From NCBI RefSeq assembly GCF_037042905.1, contig NC_087263.1:13952001-14016000 (forward strand): 64,000 nt of DNA. The letters run 5' to 3'. Below, piece after piece: positions 11,901 through 26,900 of this stretch (positions are counted from its first letter, which is position 1; every line of letters starts with the position of its first letter). Position numbers and translations under genes: made by a program. The DNA is from Lytechinus pictus. Lineage: Eukaryota. The notes under the pieces were generated by a model. The model saw nothing but the letters and a program-made list of their open reading frames with translations. It had not been told where the DNA came from and did no database searches.

Positions 11901-14900
11901 AGAGTGTTTTAAGCAGTGTATTCCACAGTGTGTTAAAGTGTGTTTCTAGGTGTGTCAAACAGTGTGCATATTACAGTGAATTCCAGAGAGTGCAAACAGT
12001 GTGCCTTACAGTGAGTTCCAGAGTGGTTCACAGTATGCCCTACAATGTGATCCACGGTGTGTGAAAGTGTGCCTTCCAGTGTGTTCCACAGTGTTTCTCA
12101 TAGTCTTTTTCTAGATTTTACCTACGATGTGTTCCAGTTTGTCAAACAATGTGTTCCACAGTATACTACAGTGTGTTTCACAGTGGTTCAAAGTGCAACC
12201 TACAGTGTGTTCCAGTGTGCCCTACATTGTAATGTTCCAGTGTGTCAAAGTTTTCCCTTAAGTGTGTTCCACAGTTTGTCAAAGATTTTTGTCCAGATGT
12301 GTCCCTCAGTGCGTTCCAAAGAGTGTCCAAAAGTGTTTCCTACAGTGTGTTCCAAAGTGTTTCAAAGTGTGCCCTACAGCTTGTTCCAGTGTGTCCACAG
12401 CGTTGCTTCTAGCTGTGTCCCACAGTACATTCCTACGTGTGCCCTACATGTCTATGCTTGGATGTCATTGCTACCTCAATTTCTTTGGGTAATCAATAAT
12501 TATTAATTTATTGATCCCCTCGATATTATACACACCAAAACATTCACAATATATTGGATAATTAAATAAGATGAAACCATGCATCTAGTCTAACTTACGT
12601 ATTCTCTGACGTAGCTGCGCAGCTGTCACACTGAGCACATTGTAACTTGACGCGTAGACGTCTATGTCGTATAAAGCACCGGGTATCAGATCACGAAAGT
12701 ATGCCGTGCAGGTGCTTATTGCACTGGGGTTAGTACTGCGAGCGGGTTGGGCAGGCAGGAGATTCGGGCAAGTGATGTGAAGCTCCCGGATTGGGTAGGA
12801 GTTGTAACGGTATGGGGACGTCTGTTGGTACCGGACGAGGTAGCTGCAGTTGCCACGGCATGACGTGGTGTCATGGGGCCAGTGTACGGTGAGGAGCTCC
12901 GGTGTGACGCTGGCTACTCGGATTTGCTGAGGATGTGGAGGTGCTAGGTTGATAAAGGTGGCGAGAGAAAGAAGAATGATTTTTAAATTTACTCTTACAG
13001 AATATTGTAAAACTCCCAAAGAATTACCAATTTTAAATAACAGCTTAGAAACTCAAACCAGCATTGCTACTCTATTAATTATTATAAGGTCCTCAAAACC
13101 ACAATAGTTTGCCAAGTGCCAACTTCAGGTTGTTTAGTGATGCTGCTACAACTCATCTGGCATCCCCCTAATGGAAAGTTCACAGAGTTGCAAAGCGTGC
13201 TCACAAGTGTGTTCTCATAATGGACTAGGTTAAGATATGATTAACACTGTTCAATTCCAATGTGGAGACGATTCCACACTTTGGATACCTCGAAAGCGAG
13301 TGTGAGTGATCACAGTGTGTTCACATAGTGGAATATTCCTGTGAAAATGTGATTCACACTGCTAAAATACGAGGATTTAACAGTGTGGCAATAACTATTT
13401 TTCACAATGTGAACACACTGTTGGACGCACTATGTGACATTTCGTTTTTTCAAGCAGAAGCCAGAGTAATGAATCATGATTATGTCGGGCTTTTAACAAT
13501 ATTATGAATAAATATTCCTCTCCAAATCCTCATACACAGTCCCCCTGCCCATTCAATTAGAGCAAATTACCACTTACGCAAAACAACAGAATCGAAGTTT
13601 GACCACACGGCGTCTGCCCCACTGTTAACCTTCACCGCCACTGAATACATGGACCCAAGACCACTCGTCACGAACGTGAATTGTCCAGTGGTGCGCACGT
13701 CGTCGACGCGCATCCACGTGAGCTCTGTCGCTGGCGCGTTGTCCCTGCTGCGATAAATTGTGACGTAATCCACGTACGTCGGGTACGGGAACTGCCAGAA
13801 TAGTTCAAGCGAGGGCATGGCTCCCGGTACCTTCTTCACGGAAAGGAAAGGCGGCATTAGACCTGGGTAAAGACAGGAAAGACAATTAAATGTTTCTTTA
13901 GAGCATACAACAAAACATGGTTTGAAAGTAGGATAATTAAAGGATCTGCTGATCAAAGATACACTCGGTCTTAAGTGTCATATAAAAGGAGTATCCATGT
14001 AAGTAGACATACTAAATATTATTTACTAAACTAAAAAAATATGTAGTAAAATATCACATCACCATTTATGACGATTTAAGAAGGTTAAATTGTTACATCT
14101 ATAAAAACAAGACACAACACACCAAAAGCATAATTGTAGCATAAATACCAATTTATCACACAAGAAAGGGAATGGTCATCACCCGGCGGGGTTAATGAAT
14201 CAAGATAGAGTTTCAAAACAGGAACCTCACATTTCCCTGTTCAAACCATGTAACGCTTGTTTAGTAAACTTAAACCAGCTATTGTGAATGTTGTGAGGAA
14301 GACCAAATCCAATGTGCCTCCAATATGAAATGTCGTGACAAATGGTTAATTGGTCAGCATTCGGTGACCCCCTATTTGACAACCGTGACAACGACTTAAA
14401 AGATACAGATCAGCAGGACAATAAATCAAGGGAGAAAAGGATGAATCTTATTCGTTAAAAGGACCATTTTTATTCATCCATGAGAACGTTTACTCGATAA
14501 ATCGATTATAGGATCCACTCTGCTATCTTACAAGATTAGTTCTCAACCAAATCCTGTTTTCCTCTTCTTTTTTAAAGAAGAGACTTTGCTCTTTATAATG
14601 ATACCATTTTCAGAGTCACAAACAGTAAGATGTAATTTTCACAATCTAAATAAAGACAAAATTTTCTGCCAAATTAAGTGAAAAAAAAAAAATTAGTTCT
14701 CAACTAGAGTAAAAAAAAAAAAAAAAATGTGTTCAGTTCACAGAAGGGTGGAAATAGTCGGTGCAGTCTCCCGGACCTAATGGGGTTCTTCGATTCCAAG
14801 GAGAACCCCACCCCTGGCCGTTTAACATTTAATAATTCCGGGATAGCCTTTTGATGGATGGCTACTAATACCTTCCCGTCAGTCCCCTACTTACATCACA

Positions 14901-17900
14901 CGGGTTATATGGGCGAATGCTATAGTTTGGGATATCGGAATACTATTTTCGGCAACACATTTTTACCTGATCCCGACCCATGAGTATGCATAGCGGTGGT
15001 ACACAGTTGTAAAAAGAAAAGGATTTTATTTATTCATTTAAAATTATTTTTAAAAGGAGGGGTGGTGAGTGCAGTTGCGCCCCCGGATGTAATTAGATGG
15101 GGTTGGTGAGAGACTTGCAGTCTATACGCAGACATCCAGGGGATCTCCCCGATGTGTCATGATAGTATGACAAGTCTGTTTATACGCGACATAGGCCTAC
15201 ATGAATGCACAGCACAGAATGCAGAGAAAAAAGTAAAATGCCAAGGTATATGCGTATACAAATCCACATTAAAAATGTTGATTAGATATTGAACATTTAT
15301 ATATAACATATCACGTTATGTACATCTTAATATCCAAAGGAAATACTTTGCTTGCTATCAATAGTATGCATGGTGTACTTCACATTGTAGATATTTTATG
15401 GTTATTTTTAACTTGAATTGTGTGTTGTTTTTAGACTTGCCTTTTTGATGTGATATGATATACATTGTGGCTCGAGAAATATATACTAAAAAAATCCAAG
15501 AACAGGATATCAGTTTAAAAACCTGTCAAATTATGAATCCTAACACTGGTGGAGGCCATAACAACAAATCCGAAGGTATTTCAGAATATTATATTTTGAT
15601 CTCCGTACAGGCCGTTGGCTAAACGTTGGTGGAACCCAAAATAACCTTACTCTCTGAGGTTGTTTAAGGTCTCAACAGATATTACAAATTGTCGGCTTCT
15701 ATAAATGTCCCCCTGAATCTAAAAGTAGGCTCTGAATAGGACAGAAATTGAAAGGTGAATTTATGAATATTATGACAGTTGGTAATCCTTGTTAAATGTA
15801 TGGGTATATTACTACGTTCCACCAGTTTAAATAAGGCGGGACGCCATGTGGACGGGGTGCGACTACCCCAATGATTGTTCAAGTATTGAAAAGAAAGACG
15901 GAGAAAAAAGAAGAGAGGAAGAATAGTATACAAAGGAAAATGTCTTTGCCAACTGTATAATTCACCTACCATGCCTACAATTCAATTGGAAAAAAACAAC
16001 AAAAACAAACAAACATGACGCCCTCATTGGATCGTTTTGCCCCCTATGACTCTTTTGCAGTTGGCCCCCGTAAAGTATTCAACAAAATTGTTTCAGAATA
16101 AGGTTTGATCAAGTAGGCATGCAGACCTCAATCCCTGGGTTAATTATAAAACCGCCCCTTCCATTGGATGCCCTTGAATTTAACTTCTATTTTGAAGCTT
16201 GTTTCTATTTGTGGATTTGTCGGGTTGTTCGTTAAGAGTTTTAAAAATGATAGGTTAGGCATGCAAAAACTAATTGTAGTGCCCATATATCGTAATGTAG
16301 TAGACGACAACTACAACGACGTCGGCAGTGATGATATGGCGACCATGGTGATGATTATGATGGAATATGATCATTAATAGTAGCACACTGCAAAAACTCT
16401 GGTGTTGATTTAACACCAGCCCGAAATCCATATATGTCCAAACCAGAGAAGTGTTAAACAACACCAGTTTCGTTTTGGTCTAACACCAGATAGGTGTTTA
16501 TACAACACTAATTAGTATTAAAACAGCATCGGTTTGATTCCAAACTGGTGTTGTTTCAATTCTTCTCTGGTGTGGACATATATAGATTCCGGGCTGGTGT
16601 TAAATCAACACCGGAGTTTTTGCAGTGCAATGATAAACGAAAATAATAATAGGCATTTTAATCACCATCATCATTATCCTTTTGTCTAGTTATTAATGGA
16701 AAGCATTGTTTACCCAATGAACTTCATGTATATGCCAGACAAGAGACTTAATTTGGTGTTGCAATGTTCTAATAAATGTACTGACGAAAGTTGGAATAAC
16801 ACGTACTTGAATATCATCATTTGTACTTGTTATTGCGTGAAAAGTTTTCCCAACCCCAGGACACCTTATGAATCATTCCCAGGTAAGGGGAGTGTATTCC
16901 CTCGGAATGGACTGATGTCAATGGTTTATAGTACTGCTAAGCCCTTGCAACACATCTGTGTTCATGGTGTAGGAATGGGCACACATGGGCCCGTAATCTG
17001 AAGTCAGGTTTAACTTACACCATGGTCGGGGTCTAACTCTGTACTAAAATTATGGGAAGCCAAAAGTTTCAAAATTTGTATTAGGATGTATATGTTTCTT
17101 ATGTTTAATGTGCTCTTTCCTGATTCATCGATGGTGAAGACAATCCTCTATTTATACTTCCTAGACAATTATGAATGATTTGAGAGCCAAATGAGCTGAG
17201 ATATATATCTACTGTTGGTGATTTATGTAACAATTGGCTATCCATACTTAAACCACAACTTCAAACCTGAGTTTATGTTAAACCCGACTTCAGAATACGG
17301 GCCATAGTGTTCACAGTGTGTTTACCTATAGTGGGTTTGTTTTGAAGATGCGATTCACAATGTTAGATTTCTCAAATTTGCTCCATGGAAGACATTTCAC
17401 ACTGTGGACACTTCTTCAGTGCGAGCATTCACAGTTCATTGACATAGTGGACTCTGCAACGCTGCGTTTAATCGTTTTAACGTTGTGAAGTCGCATCGTG
17501 TGTAACACTTTGAATACACCGTGAACATATTCTGTATAAAGTACTCTAATCACACCGTGAACACACGGTGGGCGAAATAATATGAAAATTAATTCATAAT
17601 GAAAAGGCCTAATATAGAATACCTATATAACAAATACATTATCATCATACATGTACTCCTTACCTATGAGAAACATCACATTCCCATTCATAATGAGTAC
17701 TGATTCCAGATTGATATTCACTGTAGCTCCAAATATATTCCAGAAAAGAAAGAATGGTTACTCGAATACATCAAGCAGATTCTCCTTTAGCATTGACCCG
17801 TAGACAACTGTCTGACAGATTATGAAAGCAGTGGTCATTTACAATGGTCACATGGTCCCTTGTAATCGGAGGGTGTGACCGAGAGGAAGTCTGGGCAACG

Positions 17901-20900
17901 TCTTTCTGACAGAATACGACGACAGTGTCCGAACTATAGTGTCAGTCAAAGAAGGTATCTGGAGTTACACCTCCATGCTGGGGAAAAGGTTCTATCATAA
18001 TTCAAAATCCCAATACGAGAAAAACATTCAATGGCAGTATAAACCACTTCGTACTCCTTATGGAAAGAATCTTTGAGCCATCAGTCATTTAGAGAGTTAA
18101 GAGCCCCCATAAAATTTCCCAGTTGCCGAGCTAAACACTCCTTAAACACTTCCGATCAGATATTTCAGTTTCAATGGATACAGCAAAATTTGCTCTTATT
18201 TGTAAATATACTCGATCGGGAATGATCCGCAAAACTATTACTTCAGATCAGATCACTTCAGATCAGACCTTGTAATTCAAATTGATACACTGATGGACTC
18301 CTATGTTAATCTACTCCTTCAAAACTAGAGCATCAGAGTACTCCAGAAATAAGATCCAGGTCGATCAAGTCATATAGCGTCTTCTAATTGCTCAACACAA
18401 AGATGATAAAGGATATTCAACGATTAACAAGGCCCGATCAAATCATTCAGCAAGTTCTTCTGAAAGACGCAGCATCATCGTGGCCATGAAGATAGATCCT
18501 GTAAAAAGTATCCATACACAGTTAGACAATGTTCCTTTAATATGAAGAGTATCCAGATCGTATATCCTTATACATCCATTTATCCCCAATTTTCGAAATG
18601 TTTAACACTAAATGCTAATTATTCCGACCTAATATGGTATACATTATGGTCCGTTATGGAATTGAGCGGACTTGTCCGAAGCAAACGATTCCAAAAATAA
18701 TGCTCACCAAAACGGACAAACGAACCTCACTCGGCACAACCTGGCACAAAAGTCATGAAAGTATCCAAACTATAGATTGTTGGTACGGTTGCAGTGGAAA
18801 AAGAGGTCACGTACAACCACCTCCTCATTATATCCGTTACACCGCGTGGTTACTCGATTCAACCAGAAATGAATCCGAATCGGATTGACAGCGCGTACTA
18901 TCCAATTATTGATTCGAATTCATCCATATCCTGACGAGTGACGGTTTTGTAGGGTAAACAAATCGAAGACAGCTACGCGAGGTTGACCAACTAAAGAGTG
19001 TCGAAAGTCATCAGGTTTATTCGCTAATCAGCACCGCCGATTTCAAATTCAAATTGTTCAACGTCTGTAGTAACTTCACTCCTTGACCGCAACTCCTGGC
19101 GGAAAGGATTTCCATTGGTTGAATGAGATTGAGATTAAAGTGCTACAAAACAGCTTATCCTTTTGGATATTGCTATAAAATATACGCGTGACTTACAGAG
19201 ATAAAAGCAAGGTAAAAGGGTTTTAATAATACGAATTTGAAGAGAATTTTACGGTATTCTATCTCATTAATTTCAACGGATATTTACCTAAGATAAAATG
19301 GATCTCAAAATACTGACCCAGACCTACACCAGTAGGGAATGACATGGAGTGTGTGTGTCAGGGACTCTAGGGACACCTCTCGCAAGGCTCTTCTTAAACC
19401 GGAAACACGGTGCGCTGTCCTCACGGGGGCTCTGTTTTGTTTGTGACGAAACTATCAGAGTCTAGACGATCCAGGAAAAATAATATTAACAAAATCAAAA
19501 GCGAGTTCGTTGATACTATCGAAGGTAAAGCCCTTCTCTCCCTCATCAAGTATATTCGAAATGTTTAAATGTTAGCGCTTTTTTAATATGGAGTTAAGAA
19601 AATCAACAAGAGGTTGCGATTGTTGAAACGGATTTGCTTGTCTCTCGAACAACGAAGTACTAAAACCTTTCAAAGCTACCGCATATTCGGAAGTGTTAAA
19701 GTCGTAAGGCGTTTGATTGTTTTGATATTTATAAAATCAACGAGAACGATGCAACTGTGGAAAGTGCACTGCTTCTTGAAGAATTAAAAAAGACACATAC
19801 AACTGTTGTATATACAAGAGCAATACGTTTTAGCTCCATGTGAATTGTGTATAGTATCTCTTGGTTTCTTCCCAATGTGTCTTGTTCCAAAATGTCAGAA
19901 AGTAACGAGTAACACGTGTTAAAGGCAACAACTTCTTGACAAGAGCCAATAAGTTAAGGGTTTGATAAGTAGGCCTATATGATTTTTTTCCAAAGTTTGG
20001 CTTATTCCAAGATGTCAGACGCTAACCAGCGACACATGATGAAGGCAAAAACTTCTTGACGGGAGCCAATACTTTAAGTGCTTCCAGTATCCTGAGCGGG
20101 AGTGCATATGCCAGTCCTGATTTCCCCTTTCCGTACGCCTCCAAGTTATGTCCTGTTCTCATGCGTTTTGAAGAACTTCGCTTGTCCCGACGTAGGCCTA
20201 CCCACCAACTTTCGTTGTTTTGTTCGGGTTAACATACAGCTTCCCCTCGCCATGTTTTGTCGTTCATTTAATATTTCCGCTATCAACCTGAGACACAGGT
20301 AGAAAATGTCAAGTGCATGAAGATCAGGTTTCAACCACAACTATGAAAAGCCAGCAACTCAACATATAAAGTTGATGTTTTCTTACATTTTTTTTCTAGA
20401 TATGATGTATATTCACACATTCATCGTTTTCTTGATAATTTAGTATATGCTCCTCATTTTTATTTACAACAGAGCATTGTGCAAATTTCGCGTAGGAACG
20501 AAAAAAAGACATTGATGGATTTCCATATAGTTGAGGCTGATCGGATCAATCTCAACTCTTGGAGCAAGTAAGCTTTTGTGAAAGCAGAAAAATCAAAGAA
20601 CAAGATCAACAAAAGTTTGAGTAAAATAGGACTAGCAATAGAAGAGTAATGAGCATTTGAATGTCGAGATCACTAATGCTATGGAGATCCTCCCATTGGC
20701 AATGCGACCAAGATCTATGATGTCACAGATGAACAACTCTCCCCTTTTGGACACTGAAAATATACCCCAAAACATCTCTTTTTGCTCATTCTAATCATAT
20801 GACAAACGATTCATCAATGATATAATGTTGTGAAACCTCTGTACTTGTCCTCTCATAAAGAGAACACCTCACCTTGTGATAGACTCTATAAAAGTGAGAA

Positions 20901-23900
20901 TATAAGTGAAATAAGTACTAAAGTAATGAGGGAGTTGTACGTGTGTGACATCACAGATCTTGTTCGCATTGCCAATGGGAGGATCTACATGGCATTAGTG
21001 ATCTCAATATTCAAATGCTCATAACTTTCTTATTATTCATTCAATCTTTCTCAAACTTTCAACAATATGTTTCTTTGATTTTTCTCTTTGATATGGATTC
21101 AGCTGGTTTCAAAGGTTTCATTCTCCTTTAAGAAGGGACCCAGGTGTCTAAAGTCTTCTTGCCGCTCCTGTAGACGCTGATTAATGTATCGGCCCTTCCT
21201 TTAAAACGGGGGGTTTGGCAAATATTCCCTGAGTCAGACTTTTTTTAAGGGTGTTGATGAATGACTTTTGAGAAAGTAAGGACTTTTACCGAAAGGGTAG
21301 AATTCAAAGCACACTTCTTTGAGAATATTACATACCTGTAACAGTCAAGACATTAGGGCTACGCATACTTTTGAATATTTCGCTAATAAAGACTATAAAT
21401 GTAAAAGAAAGCAATTGCGTAACACGGAATGTGGGCGTGATACATTATTATAACTATTATAATGTTTCGAGATTATTTCCAATTTCGTTTGCCCATTGCG
21501 GCCATATCTATCTCTACTGCTTTATCTTTCCCCTGTACAACCACAATGCTAAATAACCCTGTAAATCTTTTAATGATGTGCAATTGTCTTTTAAGCAAGA
21601 TAATGCGGAATACATAAAACCATAACTGCAGCATGGAGATACTTTGGTCATTTCGATTTAGATCAGGACAGATAGCCGCACAGCATTTACAAAGCAGTGG
21701 TTATTCGGCTACAACATGTCATTGGTCCACTGAATATATTCTCTTTCAATTTTTAGCTTGATTAACTTTGTTTCAGAGCTGCTTTTAATCTCAACATATC
21801 GTGCGAGACTGAGCTCCAGGTCTTTCCTATCCACCCTTTTGCCTCAATAAAAAGGGTGAAGTTTTGTATTTATTTAGAAATGATATCTTGGCGTATGTGG
21901 GGCTCGCTCTGTAACAGACAGGAAGAACAACATTCTTACAATATTTCAGCAACATACGGCGACAGGAGGCTCCCAGGCCCTGGTCCCAAAACGTCAAACC
22001 CCAGAGCACTATTGAGAGATCATCGTCATTAATGACGTAATGTTATGAATCATCCGTGAATTTCTTTTGTTGTTATCGCTTTCAAGTTTCATCCAGAATT
22101 AGCCTTCAATTTCCAAGGCCACTGCAAACATCATCGATAAAAAAGGAAGATGAGTTGTGGGAGACAAAAGAAGTGTTCCGTCTCTCTCGCATTGACTCAT
22201 TTTAAAACTGAGTTAAAAATGAAATTTGAGAACATTAACCTACATTATTTTGTAGAACGATGTCCTCACGAGACTGTGGGACTGATGTGACAGTTTAAAA
22301 CTGTGTGAAACGGGCGTGTCACAGGACAAACACCGACTTAAATTGGTAGCAGGCCCTCTGAGATAGGGCGAGTGCGGGGACTAGGATAAACCTGATATTC
22401 ACTAAAAGAATTGTTCTTTCTTTCATTCATTAAGTTTTAAGTTTTGACAAATAAAATATGAGAACATTAACCACATTAACGTGCGTTTGATAAACTTCAT
22501 TTTCACTAAAATAATTTTTTTTCGTAGACTCATATTAATTAAAAGTTTTGACAAATTAAATATGAGAACACTAACTCAGACACATTCTATAACAATGTCC
22601 TTACGGCAATTGTGGGACTGATGTGAGAGTTTCTGCAGGAATCGGGCATGTCACATACCGTTAAAGACCAACACAACTTGGAACTAATTGTAGAAGGCCT
22701 AGCAAATAGGACTTGCATTACGGGGACTAGGATCAACTTAAATTTCACGCACAATTGAACTTGTCAGTGAAGGACTAAACTTAGACACGAATTAAACTGG
22801 ACGTGTCTCACAAAAGTGAGATCGTCTTAACCAACTTCATGATGGCGAATGATGGCAACCGGGTCACTCAAATGATACGTGTTTAGACAATGTATATGAT
22901 TTACTGAACTTGCACTTTGAAGACTGAGAAAAAGCGTGGACTAGTCTTAAAGGTATCTGGGCATGAATAATATAGGCCCTAAAGGACAGTTTTCTTTCGG
23001 AACCTTTGGCTTTCGAATACTATATTTTCTCCTTCAGGCTTTCCGGATTCTTTCCTTAAAACCACAAGCTCGACTAACTGTCAAAAGATGGGACCCCTTT
23101 CCTCTTCTATCAGTCACCTATATCTCTTGACAACAGGTTCGAACTTCTATTTAGTCACGCTCTCCGATTGTGACGTAAGTGATATATTTTTCTTTTTCCC
23201 CAATTTTCTAATGTCGTCAAATCGAAATCAAAACAAAAGGATTCCACCAAAACAATGAGTCGAAGCTGAGACATAATGTTAATCACGTTAATACTGACGA
23301 TAAAGATACCAAATATCTTTAATACCCTAACCCCTACCTAACACAAAGAATTAAGTCGCCTACAAAAAACCCAAACAAACCACGCTAAAATAAACTCCGA
23401 TCTATTTTGGGGATATTTCTACGCAATTTCAGAAAAGTGACGATTTACCAATGTCGAAAACAATATCTATGAATTGAATGGGAGTTTTATTTTATTCTTT
23501 TTATTTTTTTGCACAACCTTTGCTCGAAGTTTTGTATGTAAACGTAACCCCAAACCCATTAGAACCCATCCCCCTCCCGATCTAGCGTGTAGTCTTATGG
23601 TTTTGTTCAATTTCCTTTACAGAATAGGCACGCGTGTATAAATATGCCAAGAAAGAAACTCTATGGCAACTAAATAAAAACATGGAAATTAATGTTCATG
23701 TATAGGTTGACCTTGCTTCGGTATTTCTAGGAGAATGAGGATCGATCTACAACATCATGTATAACATACTTATCGTCGCTATGGCAACATACATTCGCCC
23801 CCAAAACATGACAAATATTTCAGACAGCCTGACTCGATACTAATGGACTTCCGAAAAGTTGAATAAAATACGATTTCTTCTTTAGCTGTATGAGATAACA

Positions 23901-26900
23901 AAAAGTTTATGCCACCCTAATACAGAGAGGCTATATAGGTATTGCAGTGTAGACCAAAAGGCTATTTTAGACCGAAAGGGTTTAGCCCATGTGAGATTGG
24001 ACTCAGAAGTAGACCAACTGCAACTAGACGAAGTGAATAATAATAAACTTGCAAATATTCGCGCGACCTCGTCATGGTAGCAAAGAAATTTGTTCTCGGA
24101 AAGTTTTCGAAATTTTGAAAAGTTGTGAGCATAATTATTCGTGATTTTCTTTTGGGGAAATTAAGAGTAATTTCCTTCAAAATGCTTTCACACAAAGCGG
24201 AATGCTACATGTATGTCCCTTGATCGATCGGGTGGGTGTTTCATAATTCTGTTCGTAAAGTTACGCACGACTGGAACATGCTCTTAGGTCATAAATCAAT
24301 TACTTAGGGATATCACATAGTACAAGAAATGATCACCAGTCGTGCGTAAAGTCATTCGTATCTTACGAACAGCTTTATGAAACACACACCGGGTGTGAAA
24401 GCATATAGGTATACAAGAAATTTCCTACTAGTCTAACTAGTGATGATAATCATTGCAGCCACACACGGCCTTCTAAACCCAGGTACAGCAAACCCGGTTT
24501 ATTCTTGGCTATTCCTAATTTCATTTTTTATCCGTTCAGGAAATATTCCAATACCCCGGGTAAAAATCTGAGGGACAATCTCGAAAGTCAGGGTCGGTCA
24601 TTTTCAATTATGAGTCATTTGGTGGATTGGGAACTTGTCTGTGAACTGCTCGGTCACACCGACTCCAGACCGATGAAAGCTATTACGTTATTACCAATGA
24701 TATACCATCGGTCGGTTTGGAGTCGGTTATATTGGTGTGACCGGGAATCGTGCTACAGTCACACTGCCGAAACCGACTCCAGACCGATCAAAGCTATTAC
24801 GTTATTACCAATGATATACCATCGGTCGGTTTGGAGTCGGTTATGTTGGTGTGACTAGTGCATCGTACGTGCTGCAGTCACACTAAGAAAAACGACTCCA
24901 ATCCGATCAAATCTATAACGTAATCCCCAATGACATACAATAGGTCAGTGTGGAGTCGATTGCGCTGGTGTGACAGCATTAAATCAAACTTGGATGCATG
25001 CAGACCGCACTGGCATGACTGGGGACACGTTGCATCGCGCTATTCCCCGCGTCATCCGACTTTCAAGCATTATTGTGAGAAATTTACTGGATTTTACTCA
25101 AAATTTAAACGTTACACAAATGTCAATGAATCTAAATTGATGTAGCCATGGTAAAGCACGATGATTTTAAACTCATGAAAGTGGGTAATTACGGGTAAAC
25201 ACAATCACCATCAGTGGTCACCACCGTCATCATGACCTTAATCATCATCGCCATCACCATCATCATTAGCAACAACAGCAACAACAACTACAAAACCATC
25301 ATCCTTATCATCATCATCACCATCATCAACAGCAACAACTATATCATCATCATCACTATCATCATCATCAACAGTAACAACTATATCATCATCATCATCA
25401 CCACCACCACCACCACCACCATCAGCAGTAACAACATTTACGACATCATCATCATCATTATAATCAAGAGCAACAAAAATAACATCATCATCACTATTAT
25501 CATAATAACCACCACCATAATCATCATCATCATCGTATTTCTACATTTTAAAACTCTGATTTTTAGGCTTGATTTACATTTAGTTTGTACATGTATTTTG
25601 AGCATTATAAGTTACTACATTTCGTTATAGCACTGTTTATCTATATTATCATTATTATTACTATTGTCATCGTTACTAGTATTAACAACAACAACAACAA
25701 CAATAATAATAATAATAATAGATAGCCAAGACAGACAACCAAGCGCGATTGGTCCTTAACGCGTCGCGTGATATGATTCGAAATCAGTGTATTTTCCCAG
25801 CCGGTCCATGAAATATATTTTTATACGTGTATGGCGCCCTCTAGTGGAATAGATGTTACCAATTACAGGGATATAATCATGTGGGACTGAAGTAGCCATT
25901 GTTTGCAATCGGTCAACACTCGATATCAATGGGAATCAATTTTGGGACCGGACTGTGGAATTTAAGTGATCCGACATCCAATTTAGATTTAACGTTAGAT
26001 CTGACTAGATCTAACATTAGACTTCCTTCATTTACTAAAATAGAGCTTAGATTTCTGTACTACATGAATAACCGTCTTTTTGACCTGGGGATTTATTGAA
26101 CAATTTCGTGATATGTATATATATTGGTGAGTGCAGCCAACGTAGTTCAGCGGATGGAGATTGAAGCTTAGTTTTATTTGTGGATTTGGTCTAACGTTAA
26201 GGGCAAAGATTTGTGGTGATGTCTGATGAGCAATAAGGAATAACATCAGCTTTTGGACGAGAAAGTTGGGTAAGTAGATCTAGATTTAATTAGGCCTAGG
26301 TCTAGATCTATAAGTTAGGTCTAACTTTTCAACGTGTTAGATCTACAATAAATCTAGACTAACAGAGTTTAAAAGCTAGAGAAATCTATTCTCGATCTAA
26401 TTCGTTAAAGTTAGTGCTAACGAAACGTTAGATTTGGTCCTGGACCTGGTTCGACAACAGAAAGATAAGGACCACCATCAACATTAGGGCCTGCAGCCGC
26501 GACCTAGTCTAACAGAGATCTAGTCATGCTTCCCAAGTTAGATCAGAATCTGCACATGATGATGACTCAACATGCATTCTCGGTCTGCCTTGACCTTGTG
26601 TCCTGGACCTGAACCGGACTCTAGATCTAGATCTAAACCAACTTGATTTTGATTAGAAAAAGGCCGTTCACTTTACCTAACGTTAGACTAACGTTATACC
26701 AGTCCCATCAGTCACTGTGAATATCATAAACAAGTATAGTTAGATCTGCTGCATACATCCTAGGCCTAGATCTGTGTAGATCTAGATCTATCTTCATCAT
26801 TCAAGGCTATGTAATGTAACAGATATTGACTGATGGGGTGTGTAAAATAACATTCTTTGGACCGCCTGAAGGATTTACATTTTCCATCGTGATCATATTT

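Noticed and set aside
10794..12506. Cys/Val/Ser-rich ORFs (also 2343-2700, 40318-40758, 58697-59150)
   Set aside because: They are translations of CACAGTGT satellite arrays, open in several frames, with no splice context.
21880..22032. 50-aa plus-strand [17 protein letters not shown]
   Set aside because: Short, with no recognisable motif or supporting gene structure.
24652..24977. CRISPR-like repeat-spacer appearance (also the 84-bp array)
   Set aside because: Eukaryotic intron, units are ~95-bp palindromes with related linkers and solo copies elsewhere, and there are no cas genes.
25214..25630. Ile/Thr-rich and other low-complexity ORFs (also 27091-27466, 49398-49821, 46615-47072)
   Set aside because: Microsatellite translations.
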